DNA from: Candidatus Latescibacterota bacterium
GTDB taxonomy: Bacteria; Latescibacterota; UBA2968
DNA: 64,000 nucleotides
Direction of reading: 5' to 3'
Assembly (NCBI GenBank): GCA_965198115.1
Contig: OZ240241.1
Coordinates: forward strand, 832,001-896,000
The notes below the pieces were generated by a model. That model did no database searches. It was not told where the DNA came from and saw nothing but the letters and a program-made list of their open reading frames with translations. Position 1 is the stretch's first letter, and every line of letters starts with the position of its first letter. Shown here one piece after another: positions 9,562-20,924 of this stretch. Position numbers and translations under genes: made by a program.

Positions 9562-12294
9562 ATGGCCGAGTTTGATTTTGCGCACATCGAGAACGCCGAT
9601 TACGTCGAACAGATGTGGTCTGCGTATCGTCTCGACCCCCAGTCCGTCGATGTTGATTGGCGTGCCTTTTTTGCCGGTTTCGAGTTTTCTGGCGCCGAAC
9701 CAGGGGCCGGAAGTGAGGAACAAACCCACTTGCGGGGGGCCGACGCGCTCGTGACCGCCTACCGCAGGATGGGACACCTCGTTGCCCATCTGGCGCCGAT
9801 CTCCTACGACCGGCCCCCCCATCCTCTGTTGGACATCGCCGAATACGGGCTCACCGAAGCCGATCTGGACCGCCAGGTCGGGACCTGCGGGTTCGGGGGA
9901 ACGACGGACGGCACTCTGCGGGACCTCTTAGAGAAGCTCCAGGCGACCTACTGCCGGTCCGTGGGCGTCGAGTATCTGGAGATTCCCTACAAGAGCCAGC
10001 AGGAGTGGCTTCAGCGACAGATGGAGCCCACGCTGAACAGACCCAAGTTCACGAGCGAGCAGTGCGGACAGATCTTCGAGCAGGTGGTAGCTTCTCAGGG
10101 GTTCGAGAACTACTTGCACACGAAGTTCATTGGCCACAAAAGGTTCAGCCTGGAGGGGGCTGAGACACTCGTTCCTCTGTTGACGACACTCGCCGAAACA
10201 GGGGCGGCGCTTGAAGTGGAAGAGATGGTCCTGGGGATGGCCCATCGGGGACGCTTGAACGTCCTCGCTCACGTGCTGGAGAAACCCTACGAGCAGTTTT
10301 TCAGCGAGTTCGAGGGGACCGTGCCCGACCAGGGCATTCACGGCTCGGGCGACGTGAAATACCATATGGGATTCTCGAACGACTACGAGACGCAGAGCGG
10401 CCAGACCGTACACATCTCACTGAGCCCGAACCCCTCGCATCTCGAGTTGATCGACCCCGTGGTGGAAGGTCTCGTGTTCGCCAAGCAGGAGATTACGGGG
10501 GATGTTCAGAAGGGCCAGATCGTCCCCGTGCTGGTCCACGGCGACGCGTCGTTCACGGGGCAGGGCATCATTCCCGAAACGCTGTGTCTGGCCCAGTTGA
10601 ACGGTTACGACAATGGTGGCACGATTCACGTGATCGTGAACAACCAGATCGGGTTCACGGCGACGCCGAGGCAGACCCGGTTTACATCCTACCCGTCGGA
10701 TGTGGCGAAAATCGTGCAGGCGCCGGTCTTCCACGTCAACGGAGACGATCCGGAGGCCGTGGTTCACACCGCGATGATGGCGATGCGGTATCGCCAGGCT
10801 TTCAAGTCCGACGTGATCGTCGATCTCTGGTGCTATCGCCGACACGGCCACAACGAGGGTGACGATCCGATCTTTACCCAGCCCGTTCGCTACAAGGCTA
10901 TCGCGAAGCATCCGACGGTCGACAAGCTCTACGAAGCGGATCTGGTCAAGCACAACGTTCTTTCGCAAGGCGATGTCGACGCGATCCGCGCGAATCTGCG
11001 CAAGCGGCTCGACGATGCGCTCGACCGGGCCCACGAGCAGGCACCGGCCGAGAGCATGAGCTCGTTCGGCGGAGCGTGGAAGGGGCTCGGGCGTGCGGGT
11101 GAGGACTGGAGTTCGGACACGCGCGTCGACGAGCAGACGTTGAAGTCGATCGCCGACCGTGCGACGACGCCGCCAGAAGGGTTCAAGATCTATCGCAAGC
11201 TCGACCGGCTGGTCAAAACGCGTCGGGATATGGTTTTCGGGGAAACGCCGATGGATTGGGGCTGTGCGGAGATGTTGGCCTTCGGGACCCTGTTGCTCGA
11301 AGGGACGGCCGTGCGTCTGTCGGGTCAGGATTGCCAGCGAGGGACGTTCAGCCATCGACACGGGGTCTGGCACGATCACGAAAGCGGTCGACAGTACTGG
11401 CCGCTCGCCCACCTGTCGGAGGACCAGGGTGAGTTCACCTTGCTGAACTCGATGCTGAGCGAGCTCGCGGTCGTGGGATTCGAGTACGGGATCACCCTGG
11501 CCGATCCGTGGCGGTTGACGCTATGGGAGGCTCAGTTCGGGGACTTTTCGAACATGGCCCAGCCGATGATCGATCAGTTCATCTCCTGCGCGGAGCAGAA
11601 ATGGCAACGCATGAGCGGGTTGGTGATGCTCCTGCCTCACGGGTTCGAAGGGCAGGGCCCAGAGCATTCGAGCGCACGGATCGAACGGTATCTTGCCCTG
11701 TGTTCGCAGAACAATATGCAGGTGGCCGTGCCGACGCAGCCGGGCCAGTACTTTCACCTCCTGCGGCGCCAGATCAAGCGCGATTTCCGCAAGCCGCTCA
11801 TCCTGTTCATGCCGAAGAGCCTCCTGCGACACAAAGACGCTACATCCTCCCTGAAGGACCTTACGGATCGATCGTTCGACCCTGTTTTGGACGATCCCCT
11901 CGCCAAGCGGCCGAGCAGCGTGCGACGGCTGGTGTTTTGCAGCGGAAAGGTCTACTACGACCTGCTCGGGGCGCAGCGTGAACGGCAGGTCAAAGACGTG
12001 GCCGTCATTCGTCTGGAACAGCTGAACCCCTTTCCGTGGGAAGACGTGGGTGCTCTTTTCGATCGATACGGCAAGGTCGAGGAAGTTATCTGGGTCCAGG
12101 AGGAGCCTCAGAATATGGGAAGTTGGGATTTCACCGAACCCAAGTTGCGCAAGGTGTTGGAGGATCGGCTGCCGGTTCGTTACGTCGGCCGGAAACCCTC
12201 CGCGAGTCCCGCGACGGGATTGATGGGGCGCCACCTGAAGGAACAGAACGATTTCGTGAACGACGCGCTCACGCGAGCGGGAAAGGATGCCTAG
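9562..12294 (+). CDS. sucA: 2-oxoglutarate dehydrogenase E1
   Basis: KRFSLEGAE, GMAHRGRLN, GDVKYH, HGDASFTGQG, RRHGHNEGD, EAQFGDF, GQGPEHSSAR. Confidence 0.96.
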   Translation: MAEFDFAHIENADYVEQMWSAYRLDPQSVDVDWRAFFAGFEFSGAEPGAGSEEQTHLRGADALVTAYRRMGHLVAHLAPISYDRPPHPLLDIAEYGLTEADLDRQVGTCGFGGTTDGTLRDLLEKLQATYCRSVGVEYLEIPYKSQQEWLQRQMEPTLNRPKFTSEQCGQIFEQVVASQGFENYLHTKFIGHKRFSLEGAETLVPLLTTLAETGAALEVEEMVLGMAHRGRLNVLAHVLEKPYEQFFSEFEGTVPDQGIHGSGDVKYHMGFSNDYETQSGQTVHISLSPNPSHLELIDPVVEGLVFAKQEITGDVQKGQIVPVLVHGDASFTGQGIIPETLCLAQLNGYDNGGTIHVIVNNQIGFTATPRQTRFTSYPSDVAKIVQAPVFHVNGDDPEAVVHTAMMAMRYRQAFKSDVIVDLWCYRRHGHNEGDDPIFTQPVRYKAIAKHPTVDKLYEADLVKHNVLSQGDVDAIRANLRKRLDDALDRAHEQAPAESMSSFGGAWKGLGRAGEDWSSDTRVDEQTLKSIADRATTPPEGFKIYRKLDRLVKTRRDMVFGETPMDWGCAEMLAFGTLLLEGTAVRLSGQDCQRGTFSHRHGVWHDHESGRQYWPLAHLSEDQGEFTLLNSMLSELAVVGFEYGITLADPWRLTLWEAQFGDFSNMAQPMIDQFISCAEQKWQRMSGLVMLLPHGFEGQGPEHSSARIERYLALCSQNNMQVAVPTQPGQYFHLLRRQIKRDFRKPLILFMPKSLLRHKDATSSLKDLTDRSFDPVLDDPLAKRPSSVRRLVFCSGKVYYDLLGAQRERQVKDVAVIRLEQLNPFPWEDVGALFDRYGKVEEVIWVQEEPQNMGSWDFTEPKLRKVLEDRLPVRYVGRKPSASPATGLMGRHLKEQNDFVNDALTRAGKDA

Positions 12295-12297
12295 ACG

Positions 12298-13521
12298 ATG
12301 GCAGTGAATGTCGAGATTCCAGAACTGGGCGAATCCGTGACCGCGGCCATTCTGGTCGAATGGCTGAAAGAGGATGGTGATCGGGTCGAAGTCGACGAAT
12401 CGCTCTGCGTGATCGAGACCGACAAGGCCGACGCCGAGCTTCCGGCTCCCGTGGCCGGTGTGGTCTCGCGGGTCAAAGACGAGGGGGAGACGGTCGGGGT
12501 CGGCGATACGGTCGCCACGATCGACGAGGCCGCTGAGGGTGCGCCGCCGCCGGCGGAGCCAGTCGTCGAGCAAGCCGAACCGGTTGAGGCTGAATCGTCC
12601 GACGAAGGAGCGAGTGAGGATGATAGGCTGAGTCCAGCCGTGATGCGGATGGTGACGGAAAACAATCTCGACCCGGCTGCCATCGAGGGAACCGGGAAGG
12701 ACGGGCGTCTGACGAAAGAAGACGTTCAGAAGCACGTGGCTTCCAAAGCCGCCCCCTCTGGAAGTGTGACGGACCCGGCGCCAGCCCCTCCTGCGCCGTC
12801 GGCCCCCGCCACGACGGCTTCGGGTGGCGAACGTCGGGAACCTATGAGCCGGTTGCGGAAGAGGCTGGCGACCAATCTGGTGACGGCGCAGCACACCGCC
12901 GCGATGTTGACGACGTTCAACGAAGTGGATATGTCGGCGATTTTCACGCTACGCGGGCACTACAAGGAATCGTTCGCGGAGAAGCACGGCGTTTCCCTCG
13001 GGCTGATGTCCTTTTTCGTTCGCGCGAGTGTGCTGGCGCTTCAGGAGTACGAGAACGTCAACGCGAGCATCGAGGAAGACGAGATCGTTTTCCACGATTA
13101 CGTGAATATGGGTATCGCGGTGAGCACGCCGCGTGGGCTGGTCGTTCCGGTGTTGAAGAATACCGAGCAGATGTCGTTCGCGACGATCGAATCTGAGATC
13201 AAACGTGTAGCTCTGGCGGGTCGCGAGGGGAAGCTGAGCATCCCGGACCTGAGCGGAGGGACCTTCACGATCACGAACGGAGGCGTGTTCGGATCGATGC
13301 TATCGACACCGATCCTCAGCCCGCCGCAAACGGGCATCCTCGGAATGCACGCGATCCAGAGCCGGCCAGTCGCGGTGAGGGATCAGGTCGAAGTTCGACC
13401 GATGATGTATCTGGCACTGACCTACGACCACCGGCTGGTCGACGGCCGTGACTCTGTGACGTTCCTCGTGCGCGTGAAACAGTTGCTCGAGGATCCCGCG
13501 AGGATGATGCTCGAGGTCTGA
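12298..13521 (+). CDS. sucB: dihydrolipoamide succinyltransferase E2
   Basis: Lipoyl domain IETDKA, E3-binding [12 protein letters not shown], catalytic YDHRLVDG. Confidence 0.96.
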   Translation: MAVNVEIPELGESVTAAILVEWLKEDGDRVEVDESLCVIETDKADAELPAPVAGVVSRVKDEGETVGVGDTVATIDEAAEGAPPPAEPVVEQAEPVEAESSDEGASEDDRLSPAVMRMVTENNLDPAAIEGTGKDGRLTKEDVQKHVASKAAPSGSVTDPAPAPPAPSAPATTASGGERREPMSRLRKRLATNLVTAQHTAAMLTTFNEVDMSAIFTLRGHYKESFAEKHGVSLGLMSFFVRASVLALQEYENVNASIEEDEIVFHDYVNMGIAVSTPRGLVVPVLKNTEQMSFATIESEIKRVALAGREGKLSIPDLSGGTFTITNGGVFGSMLSTPILSPPQTGILGMHAIQSRPVAVRDQVEVRPMMYLALTYDHRLVDGRDSVTFLVRVKQLLEDPARMMLEV

Positions 13522-13643
13522 AGGCGAACAAGCTTGCAACGCAGAGGACGCAGGGATCGCAAAGCGTTGACTGAACGAGCAAGAACCCTAAGCTGAAAAC
13601 TGAACACCGAACACCCGCGGCCGAAGGCCGCACCGAGGTTCCA

Positions 13644-15044
13644 TTGGCTGACGAAACGTATGACGTGATCGTGGTGGGGGCCGGACCCGGCGGCTACGTG
13701 GCCGCGATTCGGGCGGGGCAACTGGGTCTCAAAACAGCTTGTGTGGAGAAGTCCGACTTGGGTGGGACGTGTCTGAATATCGGATGCATTCCGAGCAAGG
13801 CGTTGCTGGAATCGAGCCAACTCTACCATCAGACGACGAGTTCGTTGAGCCGTCACGGCGTGATTACGAACGGAGTGACGTTAGACCTTGCCGCGATGAT
13901 GAATCGCAAGGCGGGGATCGTCAAGCGAATGACGGGTGGGATTCGGGGACTGTTTCGCAAGAACAAGGTGACGCACCTGCAGGGTTTGGGCAGGCTCGCG
14001 GGCGACGGAGTCATCGAGGTTTCCGAAGGGAAGGGTGAGGGACGCTATCGGGCGAAGCATATCGTCCTCGCGACTGGATCGGTCGCTGTCGAGTTGCCCA
14101 ACCTTCCGTTCGACGGCGAATACATCGTTTCTTCGACCGAAGCGCTCGCTTTCGAGGACGTCCCGGAGAAACTGGTCGTGATCGGTGGCGGCGCGATCGG
14201 TCTGGAGCTCGGATCGGTCTGGAACCGGCTGGGCTCGAATGTGACGGTGCTCGAGCTGATGCCGCAGATCGTTCCAGGGATGGACGCCGAGATGGCGGAG
14301 CAACTTCAGAAAGCTCTCACTGGGCAGGGTCTTTCCTTCTGTCTGGAGAGCAAGGCGGATACGGCGGAGGTGAAGGACGGCCGCGTTCACGTCACGCTGT
14401 CGGAGAAGGGCGGCGAGCGTCACACGGAAGTGTGTGATCGGTTGCTCGTGGCGGTGGGGCGACGTGCCAACGTCGAAGGGCTGGGCGCGACAGAGGCGGG
14501 TGTCGATGTGGACGACCGGGGCCGTATCGTCGTCGATGGGCACTACAAGACGACGGTCGACGGTGTGTATGCGATAGGGGACGTGATCTCCGGGCCGATG
14601 CTGGCCCACAAAGCCGAAGAAGAAGGCGTCGCCGTCGTGGAGCTGATCGCCGGCAAGGCGGGACACGTGAATTACGATACTGTTCCGGCGGTGGTCTACA
14701 CGCATCCGGAGCTGGCTTCTGTCGGTTTGACCGAAGAGCAGGCGCGAGAATCGGCAGGCGATGTGAAGGTCGGGAAGTTTCCGTTTATGGCAAACGGTCG
14801 GGCTCACAGCCTGGAGGACACGGAGGGGCTCGTCAAAATCATCGCCGACGCAGAGACCGATCGCGTACTCGGGGTTCACATTCTCGGTGGACGCGCGTCT
14901 GAGATGGTGGCCGAAGCGGTGCTGGCGATGGAGTTCTCGGGCAGCGCAGAAGATATCGCCCGTACGATTCACGCGCACCCGACCCTGCCGGAAGCGATGA
15001 AGGAGGCCGCGTTGGCTGTGGAGAAGGCGGCCATTCACATCTGA
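13644..15044 (+). CDS. lpdA: dihydrolipoamide dehydrogenase E3
   Basis: GAGPGGY, GGTCLNIGCIPSK, HAHPTLPE. Confidence 0.96.
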   Translation: MADETYDVIVVGAGPGGYVAAIRAGQLGLKTACVEKSDLGGTCLNIGCIPSKALLESSQLYHQTTSSLSRHGVITNGVTLDLAAMMNRKAGIVKRMTGGIRGLFRKNKVTHLQGLGRLAGDGVIEVSEGKGEGRYRAKHIVLATGSVAVELPNLPFDGEYIVSSTEALAFEDVPEKLVVIGGGAIGLELGSVWNRLGSNVTVLELMPQIVPGMDAEMAEQLQKALTGQGLSFCLESKADTAEVKDGRVHVTLSEKGGERHTEVCDRLLVAVGRRANVEGLGATEAGVDVDDRGRIVVDGHYKTTVDGVYAIGDVISGPMLAHKAEEEGVAVVELIAGKAGHVNYDTVPAVVYTHPELASVGLTEEQARESAGDVKVGKFPFMANGRAHSLEDTEGLVKIIADAETDRVLGVHILGGRASEMVAEAVLAMEFSGSAEDIARTIHAHPTLPEAMKEAALAVEKAAIHI

Positions 15045-15064
15045 CGTCCGAACGAGGAGGCAGC

Positions 15065-16537
15065 TTGGCAGAGTCACAATCGCTGACGTTTCCTTCACTC
15101 GCGCCCGCACTGACATCCCGCAGGGTCCGGGATTTCCTCGCCTTCTTCGGGCCCGGCGCCATCATTGCTTCGGTGACGATCGGAAGCGGTGAAACGGTCT
15201 GGGCATCCCGCAGCGGCGCAATCTTCGGCTACGGGATGTTCTGGGCGTTCAGTCTTTTCACGCTCACGAAAATCGTTCAGGTATACTCGGCCGCGCGATA
15301 TATGACGCTGACGGGTGAACACCCGATGGCCCGATGGGCGGTTTTACCCGGGCCCAAAGGGCTGTTTCCCGTCGTCGTCGGCCTGGTGATGGTCGTGTCG
15401 TTTCCGTTCTACCTGTCGAGTTTACCGATTATGCTCGGGACGATCACGTCCTGGGTGCTGTTCGACAATCCGGCCGCGTATCCCCACCTGATCGCGCTCC
15501 TGTTCATTGCCTTGCTCATCACGCTGACTTTTTTGCAGAGCTACGGTCTGCTCGAAAAGGTACAGACGCTGCTCGTCGGGGTGATGCTGGTCGTGATGCT
15601 CGTCGCCACGGTCGCCGCGTCGCCAGACTGGTCGGCCGCGTTGATCGGAGCGGTCGTTCCCGTGTTGCCGGAGTATCCGGAATGGGTTTCGCGCAATCCG
15701 ATGTTCACGGATCGTACGCTGATCGTAGAAATGGTCGCCTATATGGGCGTGATCGGAGGAGGCGTGCAGGATTACGTCGGGTATGTGGGGATGCTGCGCG
15801 AAAAGGCCTGGGGGATGATCGGGCGGCGTGGGGAAGTCGACACTTCAGTGCCTGTCCCCCTCGCAACCGACGAGCAGAACGTCGCGTTGGGCCTGGCTTG
15901 GCTGAAAGCCCCGCTCATCGACTCGATCGTGTCGTTCGCGACCGTGCTCCTGTTTACGGCAGCCTTCCTGATTCTGGGCGCCACGTTGTTGCATCCGAAC
16001 GAGATCGTCCCGTCGGGGATGGATCTCTACAACCATCAAGTCGTCTTCCTGACGGGACTTCACGAGGGCGCGACCGTACAGCGCTTCCTTGAAGGGCTCT
16101 ACAAGGCCGGCGTGTTCTTCGCGATCTTCGGCACCGTCTATGGGGCGTTCGAGCTCTACGTGCGGACGGCCCACGAGTGCGTGCGGACGGTCAGCCCGAA
16201 GTGGTCGGGTCTTACACTGAATCGGGCTCGCGTCTGGACGCTGGGCTACACGGCCGTGGCAGGGGGCGCGCTGGTCTGCGTGGCGTGGTGGACCGCGATG
16301 AACGATCCCGCCGGGATCGGGTGGAACCCGATTTCGATTATGACGATTCCGCTGCACGTAACCGGTGTGTTCCTCGCCGGGCCGTGGTGCTTTGCGATGA
16401 TCTGGATCGATCGAAAGTGGCTGCCCGAGCCGTTCAGGATGGGCAAGCTGCTCGTGTGGATGAACGTCGTGTGCGGTCTGCTTTTCGCGCTGTTCGGAGC
16501 GAGAGCCGTTTACGATGATATTCTGTCTTTGATGTAG
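15065..16537 (+). CDS. Nramp-like/APC superfamily membrane transporter
   Basis: GPGAIIASVTIGSGE N-terminal motif and about 11 TM segments. Confidence 0.8.
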   Translation: MAESQSLTFPSLAPALTSRRVRDFLAFFGPGAIIASVTIGSGETVWASRSGAIFGYGMFWAFSLFTLTKIVQVYSAARYMTLTGEHPMARWAVLPGPKGLFPVVVGLVMVVSFPFYLSSLPIMLGTITSWVLFDNPAAYPHLIALLFIALLITLTFLQSYGLLEKVQTLLVGVMLVVMLVATVAASPDWSAALIGAVVPVLPEYPEWVSRNPMFTDRTLIVEMVAYMGVIGGGVQDYVGYVGMLREKAWGMIGRRGEVDTSVPVPLATDEQNVALGLAWLKAPLIDSIVSFATVLLFTAAFLILGATLLHPNEIVPSGMDLYNHQVVFLTGLHEGATVQRFLEGLYKAGVFFAIFGTVYGAFELYVRTAHECVRTVSPKWSGLTLNRARVWTLGYTAVAGGALVCVAWWTAMNDPAGIGWNPISIMTIPLHVTGVFLAGPWCFAMIWIDRKWLPEPFRMGKLLVWMNVVCGLLFALFGARAVYDDILSLM

Positions 16538-16688
16538 GGAGAAGGCAGCAGGCAGAAGTGAGAAGGGGCGATGCCATTCGGCGTCGCCCCTTCTCTTAAT
16601 TCTGAATCGCTCACCGGGATGGGCACCGTACGTGAGCGGATCCACGAACAGTCATTGCTCCTTCTCCCTGCTCACTTCTCCCTACCCT

Positions 16689-18557
16689 CTACCAGTTGTG
16701 TACGCCGTGGCCGTCGTCGGGAAACCAGATGAAGTCGACGCCGGCCGATGTGGCCACCGAAACGACGTAGCCGACGACGAGCCCGATGAAGTAGGGCTTT
16801 GAGCGGTTGTAGAGGGCGATGCCACCGATGCGCAGGATGATCGATTTCGTGAGCCACACCAGAAAGATGCTGAAGGCGTAGAAGCGGGATCCGCCCATTG
16901 TCTGAAAGGCGAACCCGAGCGGGTGCAGGGGCCACCAGGAGAACCGGTTACCCAACATCGTAAGGAGGTAGGCGACGGCGAATCCCGCGCCCCACACCCC
17001 CGCCTTTCCGGGGTCGGGCAGCGTCTTGTCGGCGTTGATCATCGCGCTGACCATTCTGTCGTATGTCCGGATGTGACCCGTGCTGAAACCTGTGAGTCCC
17101 AGATTCTGTCCGGCGTAGGCGTAACCCAGGTAGACGATGAAAACGCAAGATGTCACCATTCCGACCGCAAAAGCGAGGGGGGCGGACCAGAAGACGAGCA
17201 GACGCTGCCTCACCGCCTGTCCAAAGATCCGGAGATGGTGGGGAAGCGCGGGCCAGGCCGGAATGCGGATGTTGCCGAAAAACGCGTTGGAATTGATAAA
17301 CCCGAAACCGATGAAGTCCCTGTTGGAGAGGTTGGCCGTCCCGGTGAACGTTTGGAGAATTTCGCCTCCCTTCCTGCCGACGGGGAAGAGATACGGGAAC
17401 CCGGTCAGGGCGATGAACTTGGTGACGGTGAAGTAGGCGATCAGGATCAGCATCAGATGAACGACGCTGAGCCCGATCGATAGACCGAGGCCGTGGAACC
17501 ACCCGACGACGAAGAGCAATGCCCCGGCCAGCCCCAGAACGGCATAGCGGTAAGGGATCCAGCCATCGTCGTCGGCCGACCTCGGGCCTTCGCGGGCACA
17601 CTTGAGGACGTGGGCGAGATGATGACGGGCGACCCACACCGCGTAGATCGCCAGAAACGTGAGGCCCCCGTGCGACTCCGGGACCATAATCTCGAGTCCT
17701 TCGGCCTGTTGCCCCTCGAGCCCGACGGCGAATCCCACGCGCGTCATCAGACCTTCCTGAACGATCGCGATCAGCCGGAACACCCACAGGCTGAGGAGAA
17801 TCTCCAGATTGCACAGGTAGGTGAATCCGATGACGGGAGGCAGGATGCGGAGGTAGGTTGGAGGAAACCCCCTGGCCAGGATGACCTGCTTCGTGTTGTG
17901 ATCGTCGTAAATGCCCAGCCGGGGGAGGTCGGGGTAGAAGTAGCCCGCGATGTTGTAGACGAAGACGGCAAAGACGGTAAAGAATCCCGCCCAGAAAACT
18001 CTGTCCCGAAATATCTTGGGGATTCGATCGTCGCTGTCGAAGTCCTGCGTCAGCTCGAGCGGAAACTCGGCGAGCGGGAAGGTCAGACGTTCGGCCCTTT
18101 CCCACTGTTTTTGAAAGATGATCGAGATGCAGAGGCCGACAATGACGAGGGCGACCGACACAGCCGTCCACCAGAACAGCGTGCCGAACCACCCGCTCCA
18201 GGGGATCGCCTGGCCGGTCGGAATGCCCTCGTAGTAGGTTCTGATAATGGCGTCTGATCGGTGGGGCAGGTTCCACCAGGGAAGGATGTCGAAGAGATGC
18301 TCTTCCCAGCCGTTTTCCGGCGAGGCGTGGTAGAGCGGCGCGCTGACGATCCCGCCCCAATAGGTCGTCCACCCGCTCGCGGGAATGGTTCCAACGATCC
18401 AGGAGAAGCTGTAGATGACGAGCATTTCGTGGGAGCGAAGGGCAAGGGAGGGGCGAACGAACTTCAATGCGGTGTTGATCACGACCCACGCCACGAAAGG
18501 CATGAGCATCGCCATCGGGAGCTGGGACTTCACGAGGGAAGCCGACCCGAGGATCAT
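16689..18557 (-). CDS. DUF6785/DUF6784-type polytopic membrane protein (true start probably slightly upstream)
   Basis: QWERAERLTFPL, WWPLHPLGF, LRIGG..Y..KPYFIGL motifs. The frame stays open upstream to about 18675 without an ATG. Confidence 0.75.
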   Translation of the reverse strand: MILGSASLVKSQLPMAMLMPFVAWVVINTALKFVRPSLALRSHEMLVIYSFSWIVGTIPASGWTTYWGGIVSAPLYHASPENGWEEHLFDILPWWNLPHRSDAIIRTYYEGIPTGQAIPWSGWFGTLFWWTAVSVALVIVGLCISIIFQKQWERAERLTFPLAEFPLELTQDFDSDDRIPKIFRDRVFWAGFFTVFAVFVYNIAGYFYPDLPRLGIYDDHNTKQVILARGFPPTYLRILPPVIGFTYLCNLEILLSLWVFRLIAIVQEGLMTRVGFAVGLEGQQAEGLEIMVPESHGGLTFLAIYAVWVARHHLAHVLKCAREGPRSADDDGWIPYRYAVLGLAGALLFVVGWFHGLGLSIGLSVVHLMLILIAYFTVTKFIALTGFPYLFPVGRKGGEILQTFTGTANLSNRDFIGFGFINSNAFFGNIRIPAWPALPHHLRIFGQAVRQRLLVFWSAPLAFAVGMVTSCVFIVYLGYAYAGQNLGLTGFSTGHIRTYDRMVSAMINADKTLPDPGKAGVWGAGFAVAYLLTMLGNRFSWWPLHPLGFAFQTMGGSRFYAFSIFLVWLTKSIILRIGGIALYNRSKPYFIGLVVGYVVSVATSAGVDFIWFPDDGHGVHNW

Positions 18558-18675
18558 GCCTGTGTAGTCGCTGTAGAGGTTGAGAAGGGCGCCGGTCGCG
18601 AGTCCGAGCAGGATGGACCGGGGTGTGAGACGGATCGATCTGTCGCCCGGATCGGCTTCGGGGAGGGCGGACAGA

Positions 18676-20845
18676 TCAGCCCCCCGTGGGACGAGCGCTC
18701 TGAGAGAGTGACAGGTCGATCGCGTGGGCGAGGGTACGGTTGAGCTGATCGAGCTCGATCGGCTTCTGGACTCTGAAGTCGAATGCTCCGAGGCGGGGGT
18801 CGCCCTCGTCGAGGTCCCAGCCGGTCATGAGAATGGTGGAGATGCGCGGATCATATTGCTTGAGGGTGATGGCGACACGATCCCCCGAGATGTAGGGAAT
18901 CCCGAGGTCGACCAGTGCCACGTCCAGGTCATTCTCGCGCATCAGATCGATGGCTTCTCGACCATCGGCCGCGATCAGGACCTGATGGCCCGCTCGCTCC
19001 AGCGAGCCACTGACCACTTCGCGAACGACTTCCTCGTCCTCGACGACGAGAATCCGCGCTGGTGGGACGGCGATCGGCTCCTCGGTCGTCGTTTCCTCGG
19101 ATTCGAATTTGGGCTCACCGCGCCAGGGAACGAGGGTGATGGTGAAGATGGATCCCCGGCCGAGAATGCTGCGCACATCGAGTCGCCCCCCCCAGCGTCG
19201 AACGGTGGCGTAGGCTGTCGATAGACCGAGTCCGGTTCCCACGTTCGCTTTGGTTGTAAAAAACGGCTCGAACACGCGTTGTCGGACGTCCTCAGACATT
19301 CCGATCCCGTCATCCTCGACGCGAATGACAACCTCATCGGCCGTGCGCTCAGAGACGATGGTAATGTTGCCGGCTGGGTCCCGCTCCGAACCGACGAGGG
19401 CGTCGGCCGCGTTGAGGAGCAGGTTCAGGAGCACGTTGTGCATTCCAAGCTTGGTGGCGGCAGCGATGCAGCCTCGGCCCAACTCGAGATGCGTCTCGAT
19501 TTGGCGACCGTAGGCTTCGGGTTCGTCCTTGATCTTTGGGCGTGCAGCGAGCAGGGCGTCCTGGATGGCTTCGTTCACGTCGACTTCGCTGATCCTCTCT
19601 TCGTCGGCGTCGCGTACGACGTCGTTCAGTCGACGGACCAGATCCCGCGCACGGATCGTTGCGCCCACGATCCGTTCCAGTTCGCGTCTGGAATCGGTAT
19701 CGCGCGATTCCTCGAGCAGGATATCGGCAGGGGCAAGGATGCCTGTCAGGATGTTGTCAGGTTGTGGCTGATTCCGGCTGAGAACTCGCCGATGGCCCGC
19801 AGTCGCTGCGTGCGTATGTGTTCCTCCTCGCTCCGCTTTCTGAGGGTGATGTCGTGGATCAGGATGACGCTGCCCCAGATCTGTTCCCTGGCATCGACGA
19901 GCGGTGTTCGCTGGACTTCGAACGCTCGGGGCTCGGCTTCGTCCCCTCTGACGACTTCCTTCACATCACCAATGTGGAACTCCTCGAGCTCCGGGATGCA
20001 TTCTGCGGTGCGGCGCCCGATACAATCGTCCGCGCTCATACCCAGAAAACTGAGAGCGGACGGGTTGAGGTCGACGATCGTATCGTCTTTGTTCGCCACG
20101 AGGACCCCGTCGGTCATTTCGTCGACGACCGTGCCTCTCGCGAATGGAACAATGTCCAAAAAGCCGTAGCGGAACATCCCCCACGCTCCAGCGACGCCCA
20201 TCACCACGAAAGAGAAGGGCGTCAGGTCCAGCTGAGGAAACGGAGTGAGACGCATCAGGTAGAGCAGGTTGCCGATCAAGGGACAGAGGATCCCGAGCAG
20301 GATAACGATGCCCTGCCTTCGAAAGATCTCCGAAGTGTGCGTGACAAACTGGATGACGCTGAGCAGGCCGATGAAGAGGAGGGCGTATGAATACGCACTG
20401 TGGACCCAGAAAACGGGACCATAGGTCTTGATGAGGTGGATATGCCCGCCGATTTCCTGAAGTTCGGCACTCGACCGGACGAGCCCGTGCCACGTGCTCG
20501 TCCGGTCGAGTGCCGAAGGATGGCGAGCGGTTCGATCGCCAGGAGGGCCACTCTCCGCCGGGTGAACCATTCGGCGTGGCCCGTATACCCGACGAGAAAG
20601 GCGAATGCGGCCGTCGGTACGGTCACGATGCCGATGTATTCGACGTTGGTCCAGAAGAGGATGGTCTCGAGCGAGGTGCTCGACAGCTCGATCGCATAGC
20701 CGATCGTCCAAAAGGCCGATGCGGCTGTCATAATCGAGAAAGCAAGGACGCCGTCCGCGCGCCGATTTCTGTAACCGTGGAAGGCGAACGCGCCGGCCAA
20801 CGCGGCCGTTACGACGAGGGGAAGGGTATAGGGACTCTCCGACAC
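18676..20845 (-). pseudogene. hybrid sensor histidine kinase (7TM-PAS-HisKA-HATPase-REC), split by two frameshifts
   Basis: Three overlapping ORFs: a 7TM N-terminus; PAS plus H-box (AGISHNL); and N-box NLLLNAADA, DDGIG, FEPFFTTK, GTGLGLS plus REC (ILVVEDE, VDLG, QKP). Breaks near 20520 and 19750. Confidence 0.8.
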
Positions 20846-20924
20846 GGTCTGAATATAGTTGCGCCGAGCCACGGCAGGCAACGATTAAGCCGCTCGTTCG
20901 CGAATCCAGACTTTCGAGAGGACG